The notes: generated by a model from the sequence alone, not told the origin. Numbered from the stretch's first letter, positions 1-12,223 are shown. The stretch is DNA of 64,000 bases from Harriotta raleighana (GCA_050575255.1 JBNZDD010013683.1:1897455-1961454); one strand, 5' to 3'. Made by a program: numbers and translations.

Positions 1-379
1 TTCCTTTTTTAGTTCTATCCTACACTTCCTATATTCTGCTTGGTTCCCTTCTGAATTCTGAGCCCGACACTTATCATAAGCCTCCTTTTTTTGTTTTATT
101 TTGGCCCCGATTGCCTTTGTCATCCAGGGAGGTTTGGATGCCTTACATTTCACTTTTGTTGGGATGCTTTTGACCTGTGCCTGAACTATCTCCTCTTTGA
201 ACACTGCCCACTGCTCGTTAGTTGTCTTACCTGCCAATTTCTTTTTCCAATCCACCTCGGCTAGGTCCCACCTCAACTCATCGAAATTAGCCCTTTTCCA
301 GTTGAGTGTCCTCACCTGTGATTGTTCCTTATCCCTTTCCATAATTATTCTGAATCTAACGATATTGTGGTCACTATTC
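1..379 (-). mobile_element. CR1 LINE ORF2 fragment (end of APE endonuclease into the pre-RT linker), 5'-truncated; continues beyond the window start
   Basis: Manual minus-strand translation is open throughout: NSDHNIVRFRIIMERDKEQSQVRTLNWKRANFDELRWDLAEVDW...EQWAVFKEEI...KPPWMTKAI...KKEAY...EYRKCRIELKKE. The SDH, NWxxANF and PWMT motifs are typical of CR1 ORF2. Confidence 0.92.
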
Positions 380-1699
380 ATGGATTGAGGTGTGGTGGAA
401 ACAACAGCAAATTACATTTGTGTTTCATATAATATCTATTACCATATTTACCTGATGATAATATTGGTTTCCTACAATTTCAAAGCTACCAACACAATTC
501 ATACCAATCAGAATCCTATGATTCTATACATTACAAACACCTGATTTACTTTGTATTGAAAATTGCATATCTGTTCTATGTAGAGAGGAGGAAATCACAA
601 TGTGCAGCTGTTGATTTTAGTTGGCAACATGCCACAAAACAGGACTATAGTGTCCTCTCGACTAACTGATTTTCTAATTTTAGAGAGATTATCGTGATAA
701 CAATTATGTAGTCAATTGAAGCCATGCTGCAGAAATCGTATCAATTCCAGTAAGTTTATTATTCGAACGGGCATTACATAAAGTTCTTGTCCAAGATGCT
801 CAACCTTTGAGGAGATCTCTTGTAACCAGTAATCATTGAAGACATTTACCAGTTCGTCTTGGGGATGAATGCTTGTTTCATTGGCTTTCATGCGTCTTCT
901 CTATTTTTAGCAGTAGCTTTTGATATAAACAATAGCAGCATTTAATCTGGGTGAGAGCAATAGCCACGCAGTCGCCTTCCTCTTCAGCACCGTTTAGGCT
1001 CGTAACCCCGGACAACAGCATCCATGAAGAGAGACAGTCTGCAAGGAAAACTCTTAATGGGATTGGGGTTGTAATTTTCATGACAGAACTCTTGTCTGGT
1101 TCGGTTATTCTTAAGCATGGTGATGGGTTTCCACATGTCGAGACACCCCAGCTGATGAAAAAAATAAACATTACCTAACTCGATTTTCAACTAACATTTG
1201 TTATCCTCAAACAAAGGAGTCTATATTCTAACCCAACAAAAGGCAGATTTTTCCAAATTAAGTATAATGACCCAGTCACTCTTGATTAGAAAGGACTTTT
1301 TCTTTGTCGTATTCAACAGAGAGATTGATCCAAGTATAACAGGCAAAAGACGGGCTGAGATATATGATTTAACCACACAGTGTTTCAGTGCAAAGTGGGG
1401 GTAGGTTTCATGTGAATCAGTTCAGGTTGGATTATTCTCCTGTTTAGGGCTTGACGTGAAAGGCACAATACAAGTGAAATTTTGTTGTTGGTGTTGTTGC
1501 AGTGTTGTAGCTGTGTCTGCATTCTCCAAATCAGTAGTATTTTTGTAGAAAAGTGGAATTGTTGCTTCATTTTGAATAAAATAATATTTGATTTAAATAT
1601 AGTGTATAGGAAGCTTGGTGCTCCATAGCATAGGCACATGGACGAGGAGTGTTGGGATGGGGGTTGGGGGTGATTAGTCCCTTTCCCGCAGTAAAAATG

Positions 1700-2230
1700 G
1701 TTCCAATGACACTGCTCCATATGCATTGTACATCTTCTAAACGTTACTTGTTGATTGAATTGGGAGTTGCGGACTTCATTTTGATTCAGCAGATTCATGC
1801 TAGTGCTACTTCTCCCATTAGAAAGGCAATTCAGATGGAGAAAAGGCATTGGTGCTCGCCATTGTGCAGTTGTTTCATTGGGCTAATTACTAGCTGTGAT
1901 CTCAAACAGACATTGGCTGACAAAATCATGTCTACAAATCTGATAGCCCCAACCAGCATTCCGTGATTTGCAAAGTAATCGGAACTGAAATGTGTTCAGA
2001 TCTGGTCGTGTTTGACAATGGATCAGCGGCAGACAGACAGCCACCACAATAATTCTGCTGCAGCACACAAAGTGGTACTTTGGCTTGAAGGATGGTGATT
2101 TGAGGGCAGCTTTTCTGATTTACAAGAAGGCAGCAGAGCCGCTGGGATAAGGTAAATGGAGCCATTCCATTTAACTCTGCTCTATGTTGAGTCTCTGTTT
2201 TCTGCTGTCTCAAAACTGTAGCACATCTAG
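1700..2230. promoter_or_regulatory. Candidate conserved non-coding enhancer
   Basis: Repeat-free block with Sox-type ACAATGG/ACAAAG/CATTGT, Pbx-Hox TGATTTAC and CTAATTA motifs. Conservation not tested. Confidence 0.35.
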
Positions 2231-4380
2231 ACATATCACCACATTAGCATTTACATTTTCAGGAATATTATTCTGGGAGGATGGACGAACAGACAAGGTC
2301 GTTCAGCCTACCAAGCCTGTTCTACCAGTTTGTTGCAGTTGAACAATTGTTGTTGTAAAGCTGAAAACTTCCTCCCATATAATGGATTAGTCTGTAGATT
2401 GCCACACATTACTCTGGAATTTTTATTTTGTGACGGATTTGGACTAGAGAGGGGACCCACTCTTGAGTTTGTTTGCAATTTGAAAGTGTTAAATCAACAG
2501 TAGAACAGCAGCATATTTATCAGGTTAATGTAGTCATGATGTATCACCGAGTGGCAGAAGATTGGAACTCAACCAGAAATGCAAACACAGGGGGAGAAAT
2601 GTAACATTTCACAGTATCCAGAAGTTGGTCAGCTGTTAAATCCAGTTTTAACTTTGAAGCTGCTTTATTTGTACTTCATGAAAGCGCTCACTGCAAACCA
2701 GCTTTAAAATGAAAACTATTTAAGAATTTGCCAAGTTCTGCTTAGTCTAAAATGCCAACATAGACCCAAGTGAAATTTACTCCCAATACGTATATTGGGA
2801 ATAAGGCATATGACATTCAGTATAACTGACCTTGGAATAATTTAATGCTGCCATTAGGTGTAACACAGAAAAATCTGTCATTCACCAGTACTGTTGTCCT
2901 TTGAACTTGATGATCATTCTGTCCTTTTTAACTCACAAGCTTCATAATTGCATTATTTGTGCTCAACATTAGAAAAATTGTTTGTGCTGTATCCTCCACG
3001 TCACCATTCTCAGGCTGGAGGGGCTTTCACACAATTAAAAAGGGAAATTTGAGGCGACGGCATGGAAAGAGTTAAAAGTCTGGCAGCACAGTGTAGTGAA
3101 ACTGTTGAAGTGAGATGATTGCTTTAGAAAAGTAGATTGATTACAGTTTTAGTGAACAAATGTTTGGTAGTCAATAGCAGTTTGAGCACCACTTTGGTTT
3201 AAAAATCATAGAACAAGTGATTTGATCGATTTCTACACTTTCATTAAGCAGAACAATTTTTTTATTATTACTGGCACAGTCTAAAATATCCCCCTGATAA
3301 TGTGATGGTATCAGACAGTGATACACAAGTGCGCTACTGCTACATAATATACACCAAACCTTCCTGAAGGTTCACAGGAATGTAACGGTTCCTTGAAGCT
3401 CATAACACTGCATTATAAATTTGTGGAGAGTTCAGGGGACAGCAAAAAAATATCTCAGGTTTGAATCCATTTGGGTGGGCAAATTCATTCTGCTCTGGAA
3501 GGCATGTTTGCCAAATATCTCAGAAAGAATTCTTGTTCGTGGTCATTCAATCACGTAGGGCTCTGTACATGGCTTATTAAATCCACAACCTCCGGGCAGC
3601 TTTATTAGTGACATTAGAATATATCCTCTAGGTAATTGGATTCCAGTATTTTTCATTGTTGCTTTGCATTGATTTGAATTGTGTTCAGCTGAACAGTACA
3701 TTATTAATGTGGGAGTGATGTGGTGCTTATTCACAAGAGTGTGTCCAATGAGCGCGTGGCTTAAGGGAAGAGTTGTTTGAAATTAGGAGAAGAAACTCTT
3801 TCTAACTGAAATTGACAGCCTCGGCTACAAACTCCACCATTTCTGGCAAAAGGCACAAAGATATACAATAGTTACATAAACTGATTGCGAGCCCTGCCGA
3901 TTGGCACCGCGGTGGAATTGGAAAACCAATGCTCGCAAAACCGTTCCCAAAGAACAGAGTTTGAAGTGAGGCGTCTGTTTTGTTTCCAATGTAGTTTAGG
4001 AGGGTATCTGGAGAATGTATCAGCTCTATCTTGTCATGGGCAAGCTTAAGGACACTGTTAAGATGCAGCTTTAAAGAGTAGCAGAGAATTGAAAGTTGAC
4101 CGCCTGGGGAATAGTGGTTGCTGTTTGTTTAGTGAATATTCCTGGTACTTTATATCCCTTACCATTTCATTATGCAACATATTCTCTACATTGATGTGCA
4201 TGTGCAAACTCTTCAAGTTATGCAATTAGTTATTTTTACAGCAAGCTATCTTTTCTCAAGTGGAAAAAAAATCTTTTTGTCATTTTTCAAAGGGAAAAGG
4301 AGCTAGGACTGATCTGAGCAAAGGAGCTTACGATTGTTTGAAAGAAGCTTCGAACAGATAAGCAACAATGACTAATATTG

Positions 4381-4656
4381 TCAGCCTTACCAGTGAGAGA
4401 CTGGGTTTGATTCCCAGTAAGGGCAAAACCTTGGGCAAGTTTCCTTACTTCACACACTCAATAATAATCCCTAAAAAAAATAGGAAATTGGTCCTTTCAA
4501 TCCATGACTGTTTGTGGGACACTGATGAGCGCAATTGGCTGCCGCCTTTTGCCAACAAAACGGTCAATTCACTTTACAGTATATTCTGTGAAGCATTTTT
4601 GAGACGTCTAGAAGACGGGGAAAGCGCGATATCAAGTGCAAGGATTATTATTATTA
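4381..4656 (+). mobile_element. Young tRNA-derived SINE (short subfamily), 5' slightly truncated
   Basis: B-box-like GGTTTGATTCC, AAACCTTGGGCAAGTTTCCTTAC, core GTTTGTGGGACACTG...CAATTGGCTGCCG, hairpin tail and (ATT)n end. Matches about 20 other copies in the window. Confidence 0.9.
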
Positions 4657-4679
4657 GTATTTAGTTGTGAATGTAGAAT

Positions 4680-4912
4680 GAATCTACGAAAACATGATTT
4701 CAGTGAGCAAATTAGTAAACTTGTGGAACAGGCTCCCTCAGGAAACAGTTGATTCCTTCAGGTGCAGATTAGATAGTGTTCTTTAATGACACGACCATAT
4801 GGGATATTGTACATGGGTAGTTTGGGACACGGGTGCATGCTGCCAGGAAAGTGGAAGGCGAACTCAATGGACCTTGGTCATTTTTTGGGGCTAGCATTTC
4901 TTCTGCTCCTGT
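4680..4912 (+). mobile_element. Old CR1 3' end
   Basis: Degenerate TTGTGGAACAGGCTCCCT (LWNRLP) followed by a CR1-like 3'UTR (AACTCAATGGACCTTGGTC). Confidence 0.5.
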
Positions 4913-5458
4913 ATTTGTAAACCATGTGTGCTGCAACAGAATGATTTCTCACAATGATCATATTGAGTGGAATATTGATGCTCTATTCTGCAGCAATTTG
5001 ATGACATTCTGAAAAGTTGAAATCGAGTTCTGTACAATTATTTGTTATGGGCTCACAATAACGATGCAATTTTTCTAATGTTTGGTCCTCTAAAATTCTG
5101 GTTGACTTGTTGGAAAAAAGCTGTTGCTGTGTTGGATGTTTTCCAACAGCCTCAGTTCCAAATCTTGGTGTTACGATGAAGTCTTCAATGTAGCATAACT
5201 TATTCAATGCCCTTTCATAGTTCCTGAGATTATTTTTTATTAAATAGATCCTGAACCACAAATTGGTCTTTCTTCTGTTCAAACTGTGATCTTGATTATC
5301 TTTGTGTAAACTTGGTTCGCAATAAGAGAACATTCTTCTACCAATCCCACAACCAGTTCTCCCTTTGGGTGAGTATTTTGTTTTCTTTCCATTTTCTTCC
5401 TCACCTCTTGCTACTCCTGTCTTATGTACTGATTTGCTCTCAGGTTGTTGTTTTTGTT

Positions 5459-5723
5459 GTTTCAGTCTCTCTGTTCCCACACTTTGGCACTCCATCCCGC
5501 AATTCCTTTGCCTCCCTTTCCTCCTTCAAGGCCGGCCTCAAGACCTGCCTCTTCGACCGTGCCTTCTGCTCCCCTCCTAACTCTTCCCCCTCTTCTACTC
5601 TCCTTCCCCTTTCCCCTACTCCGACCACCTTTCTGCTCGTGTCTCGATCTGATTGTTCAGTGCCTTGGGACATCCTCCCAACGTGAAAGACGCTCTAGAA
5701 ATGTAATTTTGTTGTTGTTGTTG
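5459..5723 (+). mobile_element. L2 LINE 3' end
   Basis: Encodes FSLSVPTLWHSIP and SLSSFKAGLKTCLFDRAF (L2 ORF2 C-terminus), then a C-rich 3'UTR, tail hairpin and (TTG)n. Homologous to 59661-59953. Confidence 0.88.
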
Positions 5724-5834
5724 CTCTCAGGCACTTCATTCAGACTTGATACGAAAGGGTCTTGAGGATAATCCAGGGTCCCTCCTGCCTGAAGAGACAC
5801 ATCCGGTTTCAGAGTGCCTTGAGTACAAATCTTT

Positions 5835-5898
5835 GACTGTTCCAGTGCCTTGGAACATCCCTACGTGAAAGTCGCTGTACAAGTGTAATTTATTGTTG
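5835..5898 (+). mobile_element. Short L2 3' tail
   Basis: GACTGTTCCAGTGCCTTGGAACATCCCTACGTGAAAGTCGCTGTACAAGTGTAATT matches the L2 tail. Confidence 0.75.
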
Positions 5899-6234
5899 AC
5901 TCTCAACTCCCTTCATTATCATGACGGAGTTCAAAACCACGGCAATGTGAGATAATTTTGGAGTTGCTCAGGTTCCTACCTGTGCCTATTTCCAAAGTGA
6001 CTCAGTAACAATCAGTGTGCTGTAAACCCCTTTCCAAGCAAGGTGCCCAGTAAGTTTATTTATATATAAATAAGTCATTTGAATCTTCCTTCTTTTTGAA
6101 TGGGGGGAAAAAAAACTATTCACTGCAAAGCTGAAGGGGTAGTTGGCCCTCATATTTCTTAGTTTCACTGATCTAAAGCTTCTCCCAGGTTAGGGACAAT
6201 AACAAATGAGGTAGCAAAGCTGTCATATTTGTCA

Positions 6235-6370
6235 CTATCGTGTTCCCTGACAGGGAGACGGGGGTCAGGCTGCAGGGTTGTGGGAACGCGTAGCTGCAAC
6301 GTCCCCAAGCTGGCGTGTGGCCAAGCCTGAGGACCTGGCGGAGCAGCAGAAACATTCAATCTCCTCCTGA
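6235..6370 (+). pseudogene. Possible decayed Myb/SANT-like ORF of a PIF/Harbinger transposon
   Basis: Frameshifted reading IVFPD...AGLWERVAA...RTWR..R..FN.L resembles the W..VA...RTW.QCRKKFNDL pattern of Harbinger Myb-like proteins (from recall). Confidence 0.35.
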
Positions 6371-7479
6371 TTTGTAAACGTGAAACCAATTGACACACAA
6401 GTTTTGAAGAATAATGAATGCAAAAACTCCATGAGCGTCTGCAGATTCACACATTCTGGGCACACGCTACACACAAAACAGATTAATTTTTAGGCAACTT
6501 TAAAAATGGATGAAATGTGTTTTTTTTTTAAAAAAAGACTAGAGTTCAATGCTAATTTTGAACTGCTATCTTCCTCACAACCTGCTATAAATGGTATTTT
6601 TTTTGTGACCAAGTGGAGAATGGGCGGATTGTTGCTATAAGATGTTGTGTGTTTTAGGGTTTACTCTGAAGGTTCCCCAGCTAGGTACTGTTTTCTTTGA
6701 CGCAATGATCAAATAGGATTTTTCCTTGATTGAGTGGGTCTGTACCGGAGATGGGTCTCCATTCTGCACAGCTCATGATAATCATTTTAGTGTTTTTAAT
6801 TATCTGCAGAATGGCCTTGGCGATAAGGGAAAGCACAAAATGGTTCCATAATTCTATCCAGCATTTATACTAAGAAGCACCTTGTGGTGACGTTTTCTCC
6901 CATTGAGTCTGAATGGAGGGAATTTCAGACATGCTGTTTCTATAACATCATTCTGACTGATTATTGAAGTGCCATTTTTGTTGTTGCTCGTCTGTCTTGC
7001 AGCGTCAGTCATTTCTAAAGTGGACCTCATATGTCAGTGGCCCGCTGTGCGTAAAACATTCCCTTAGTGTCAGCAAAATTAACTTCATTGTCAATGAACT
7101 GTTTACGACAGATAGTTGTTCTTTAACCCATCCAAATCTAAATTTTGGTCGAATGGACAAGGGTCATTGAAGAACTTCAGAATATTTGTCTTCCAATGTT
7201 GACGTGTGTGGCTTTCTGCAGAACAGTGTAAGACACAAAGCCATGATGGGAAGAGTGCAGAACTGCAGGGAATTTCATTGTCCATCCGTCCAACCCAAAT
7301 TAAAATTATTTTCTCTCCACTATGTACTCCTGAACAAAGCACACTTTTTCCTGATCAGAGGTCACAGGTTTGAGGTTTGTGTGGATTATACTCTCCAGGT
7401 AGCCACAGGATAAACCTGGTTAACTTGCCTTCTGATAGTTTGTCCTTTCCATGTTGAGTAGGATTGGGGGTTAAAGACA

Positions 7480-7770
7480 GAAAGGTGTTCATGACTGTGC
7501 ATATTGACTGGAAGATTTCAGGTATAAATCCATGCTATGCGCTAAGTGAGTTGCTGCTGCTTGGGGTTTAGAGAGGGGGGAGAATGTGCCAGGGTTCTGG
7601 TTTCAGCTCCTTGTCTCCATCTAGATATCTGCAGGATGTGTACATGTGAGTTAAATAAGTTCTTGGCTATGATACCTTCTATAGTTGAATCACTGTCTGA
7701 CACTCACTTTGATGTCTCTTGAATGAGTGGTGAAGGAAGCCCAGAAGCGATGAAACCACACCTCAGTGGA
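7480..7770 (+). mobile_element. Ancient SINE family B (diverged)
   Basis: Shares AGAGGGGG..GCCAGGGTTC, TTGGCTATGAT..GTTGAAT..CTGACACTCAC with the copies at 10425, 51740 and 53180. Confidence 0.5.
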
Positions 7771-9267
7771 AGGAAAACATTTAAACAAATGCCTGCGGGA
7801 GAGGTGGAAGGGAGAAAGTTTGCGATGGTGGGAGGTGAGTGGGTGGTGGTGGGGGGGGGTGGGTGGGGGGGGTGCTCCTAATACGGGGTTTCTTACAATA
7901 CTATCTTTGTCGTTGTATATCTACACTTTAAAAAAATGGAGCCACCATACTGGGTAGGTAGAGTGCAGATATCTGATGGATGCAATCACATTTATCTGAA
8001 TCATGATTTCTGCTGTTCTTGAGATAAAAGGTCCACAAATGAATAGTTATCTTATTACAGCCCCAGCTCTGCACTCAAATGCTGCCCGCAATGTGCTTGC
8101 TTCAGTTTATGGGTGGTCCTTTGCAAACTGTCTCACGAGGGTGCCTGATGCCAGCCCCGACTTGATCGGGACCAGGTTGCGAGGAAGATAGCAGATGAAA
8201 TGTGCTGTCTGTCCTCTTACTAGTTCCACTGATGTTTTTTTTTCAAAAAAAAACATTCCAACTCTCAGAGCGTCACAGGGCGTGCAATTTTGACACAGAA
8301 TCCAACAGAGGCCATGCTGAAAGGGACTGTTCAAACGAAGAGCTTCCACGAGCTGAGTTCATTAGTAACTATTCGCGGACAATGTTTGCCATTCTACCCG
8401 ATGTTTGAAAAGCCTATTTGGTACTTTAGAGTGAGCTGATATTGTTTGTTTAAGAGAGCCTGCCACTTTGGTCTGCCTTTGATTAGGGGCTTGAGAGGCA
8501 AGCGTATGAATGTCGATGAAGTTGCAGGGAACGTGACATTACTATGCCATGCGGATTTGCAATAAAAATGCCTTTGTGCCAGTAACGTATGACTCCCCAT
8601 GCATTAATGCACAAAATCCAAAGGGCTGGAATGTGATTCTCAATGAGATCTGCTTGTACCAGCATTAGTGCACAGCTCATTTCATATAACAGTCCTCAGT
8701 TAATTACTTTATCAACTGTATTTAGAATCCTGTATTTATCGAGACGAGCCATGTTATTTTTTTCCTGGTCTTGCCTATGTATTAATTACAGTTAGATTAT
8801 TTTCTATGGCTCATTTGATAGTGTTTTTAAGACTGTTCCCAAGTGAAGGAACTTGTTGTTCAATTACTTTAAAATTTAAATGGGTGAATTCAAATCTGCA
8901 GGAGTTCGATTCAAGGCTTCTTCGCCTTATTTGATTACAGGAATATTGTCATGTAGACATTATTAAATATAGGTTGCCTGCTATAATTTTCACATCGTGA
9001 AAACATGCAGAAACGCTGGGTCAAAGTCTTGATGTGTGGAGTGCAATACGCTGGAACACACATTCCCCAAGACAGCTGCTTCATGTATTAACCTTTCCTT
9101 CAGAGCCAAACCACAGTCGTTCATCACGGATGCAACCGACTACAAATGTTTTGGTTGGTGACCATATTTGCTAAAGCAAGCAGCCTAAGTGGTCTCCATC
9201 ACGTCCCAAATGAATTTCTACCAATCCTGATTAATGACAATTGAATTAAGATCCTTTTTTTTGTACT

Positions 9268-9299
9268 GGGGGGGGCGGGGGGATTGGGGGTGGGGTGGG
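9268..9299 (+). repeat. G-tract / potential G-quadruplex
   Basis: Five G-runs of 3 or more with 1-3 nt loops. Confidence 0.5.
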
Positions 9300-10204
9300 A
9301 GATGATGCCTTGAAAGATTACCAATGCTAGTTTAGTAATTCATTCTGTGTAATGGGGATTTTTCGTTTACTTTTCGAAGTACCTAGTAGTATCTATTGTA
9401 TACAGAAAATGCACTTCACCCCATTAGCAGTGCACATGGAGGATAAACGAGAGTTATTTTCGTTAGGAGCAGCTAATCTGTTAGGAGATTGAAAAATGCC
9501 ATTTGACTGTTTTTGACTAATGCTCTGAATAATCTTGTTGAAATAAAATGACCCCTTTTCAAAAAAAAATCCGCAAATATTACAGTTATTCCTAACTCCA
9601 AAAGAACGTGCAGTTAAAGGACTTGCGTACCATCAAATGCTGTTTTTGTGTGTCCTTTCACTGGGCTGAGAACATCAATCAGCGTTACTTCAATGTACCA
9701 TAATCGCATGTGTTTGATATCAGCAGTTTTAAGAAGGGATTATTATGATGTATAATGGAGACTCCTATTAGCTACTCAATTTACTTGAATTTTATATTCT
9801 TCAGTGGTGCCGTGGGAAGAGTCAATATACAGTACTTAGAAAACCCTAGTTGTTGGTGGGGTGAGTGGGGGAAGCTGAAAATGTATTTTTTTAAATTTTG
9901 TAACCAGTTTATTGCTAGTATTCGTCTGGGCCTTTCTTTGTATTATAACTCTTCAGTGTTTAACAGTATAACCTGACAGCTGAGTGAGTAACTATACTGT
10001 GTAATTTTGTTGTTTTGTTGTGTACTGTGAGACAGAGTCATATACTTGGGTGGGGGTGAGCTGGGGCATAGGTGGATGGATGATTCATCCACATTGATTT
10101 AGAATAGAGGGCAGAGAATAAACCCTTCTTTCCACCCCCTCCACCCCAAACAATCTCTTCACAACCCCCCACTGCACTCCCGCCATGCACACAGCTAACC
10201 CCCA

Positions 10205-10420
10205 GAAAATTATGCTCAACTTAATCCAAGGTGTTTGTGGGACATTGCTGTGTGCAATTGGCTGCTGCAGTTCACCCACAAAACATATAGTCACTACACT
10301 TTACAGTATAATCTGTGAAATGCTTTGAGATGCCTGGTAGACGTGGTAAGGCACTATATCAACAACATCAACAAAATTACACTTGTATCGCGCCTTTCTA
10401 TCAAAATGCAAGGATTATTC
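10205..10420 (+). mobile_element. Young SINE 3' half carrying a nested micro-L2 insertion
   Basis: Core TGTTTGTGGGACATTGCTGTGTGCAATTGGCTGC; the tail is interrupted at 10363-10398. Confidence 0.85.
10363..10398 (-). mobile_element. 36-bp L2 3' tip with a 6-bp target-site duplication
   Basis: Reverse complement GAAAGGCGCGATACAAGTGTAATTTTGTTGATGTTG is the L2 tail; TATCAA flanks it at 10357-10362 and 10399-10404. Confidence 0.85.
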
Positions 10421-10424
10421 TTAT

Positions 10425-10752
10425 GACGTCCTGTTCTGAGTTAATCAATCTTGTTCAGGGCAGCAGTATAACATGCTACAGTTGTCCCATATCTTTAGCA
10501 GGGATGGAAAACATTTGGCAGTGGGGGAAGGGATGGTGGTACTTCTTATCGCTCTTGAGGGATCTGATCCGGCTGGAAGCGTGTGGAATTCAGACGAGAA
10601 CAGGGTGATGTCTGCGGTTGAATAGTCTGCCAGCATCTGTTGCCCAGACTCTTACGAAAGTAATCGCTTCTCAGGCATGGTGCCATATGGCTCTTGCGTA
10701 CATGGAACAGTAACCTGGCACATATTGTTCCTCACAGGGCGAGATGGGGAGA
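10425..10752 (+). mobile_element. Ancient SINE family B
   Basis: TGTTCTGAGTTAATCAATCT..CAGGGCAGCAGT..GGTTGAATAGTCTGCCAGCA..CATGGAACAGTA..CAGGGCGAGATGGGGAG. Confidence 0.55.
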
Positions 10753-10859
10753 TGTAGGCAACTGAGATTTTTTTTTAAATCTCACACATAATCTAAATCC
10801 ACGGATTGTCAGGAAATGATAATTTGGGAGATTTGAATTTGATTCCTAAATCTTCACAA

Positions 10860-11111
10860 TGTGTTTCGAATCCAGGCAGATCAGGGTGAAACCGTGGTCA
10901 AATTTCCTTACTCCTAATAATAATCCACCCTCCCCAAAAAACCACAATAATAACATTGGTCATTTCAGTTCACGACTACTGTTTGTGGGACAATTGGCTG
11001 CCGCTTTTCGCCCACAAATATAATTCACTTTACAGGATATTCTGTGAAGCACTTTGAGACATTGATAAGATGTGAAAAGCGCTACATCAAATGCATGGAT
11101 TATTATTATTA
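10860..11111 (+). mobile_element. Young SINE (GGCAGATCAGGG subfamily), 5' truncated
   Basis: TTCGAATCCAGGCAGATCAGGGTGAAACC through the (ATT)n tail. Confidence 0.88.
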
Positions 11112-12064
11112 TCTCAGGAAATGGAAGGAGGTAAAGTCTCTGGCAGAGCTGAGGAGTTGTCTTGTCTCGCCTCAACCAACACCTGCATTCTTTCATATTG
11201 ACGCAGAGGCAGTTGAATTGTATACAGGCTTAAGGCGGCCCAATTGCATCCTTAAAAACAGGCTTTTTTTTTTATTGCTCCTTCCTGACATTTGTATTCA
11301 TACATTTCAGCCAAATAACAAGCAATTGAGGCAGTTGTTGCTAGATCCTAGCAATCTTCGAAGAATACATGTCAAAAGTGTTTTATTGCATAACATAAAA
11401 TAACAAATGAAATGAGAGCGAAAGGCCATTTCCCCTTTCTGCCAGCCTTTTATATAACCTCATCTAATTTTTTTTTGTACGGGTCATTTCCTTGTAATAC
11501 CCTCCTCCTATATATCCATTATCTTTCATCTAGTTCCTCCATCACTTACCCACAAAGGGTGGAAAATGGAATCTCAGTTCAGCGAAGGCTTGATCATTTA
11601 TGGGGCCATTTAAACAAGTTAACACAAGATCTTGGATTAAATACTCTGAGGACATTGTGTTTTCCATATTACAAAAGACTAAAATGGGTGTCCTTTGTCC
11701 CATTTTAATGTTGCAGATCTATTACTGTGACACAGGCAGAGGAGGCATAGTATCATCGTCAGTGGGCGAGACAATGATACAGACTGAATTTATTCACATT
11801 TCCGATTCCCTGGATAGTTCCCTAATGAATGAGGAATATAGGATACCTCTTATTAGTTAATGAGACGTGAGGTAGTTAGTAGCACTTCGGGGCTTCGCTA
11901 ATGGTTGAATTACAGCCAGTATCCTGGGACTGCTCGCACTTTGTTCGAACTTGATAGTCTCTACAGTGCGGACAACTTTTTTTCTGCTTTCTGGCAACTC
12001 ACTGTGTTGGGATGTTTGTGTGTTTGGTGGTGGGGTGGAAGAAATCACTACCTACTACCTCACC

Positions 12065-12223
12065 ATAGACTGAGTGGTCTCTGAACTGACTGAAGTCATT
12101 TAAATGTTCTGTAGTTTGTTAACAACTTTACAGCTGGCAGGAAGGAGATAATCACCCCAAAGGAGGGAGGAATTTAAATCAGGGTCTCGGGGGTGAAAGG
12201 ACAGTCTGGTAAACCACTCTGCT
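12065..12223 (-). mobile_element. LF-SINE-like 5' head fragment
   Basis: Minus strand GTCCTTTCACCCCCGAGACCCTGATTTAAAT...CTGCCAGCTGTAAAG...AAATGACTT resembles the recalled LF-SINE head GCCTTTCACCTCTAGGTCACTGGTTCAAATCC. Confidence 0.4.

Noticed and set aside
878-1190. Overlapping ORFs with a good minus-strand acceptor near 1152
   Set aside because: No recognisable protein in any frame and no in-frame donor.
4983-5765. Longest ORFs in the track (170, 124 and 106 aa)
   Set aside because: Low-complexity or antisense readings across an L2 3' end; no host-protein features.
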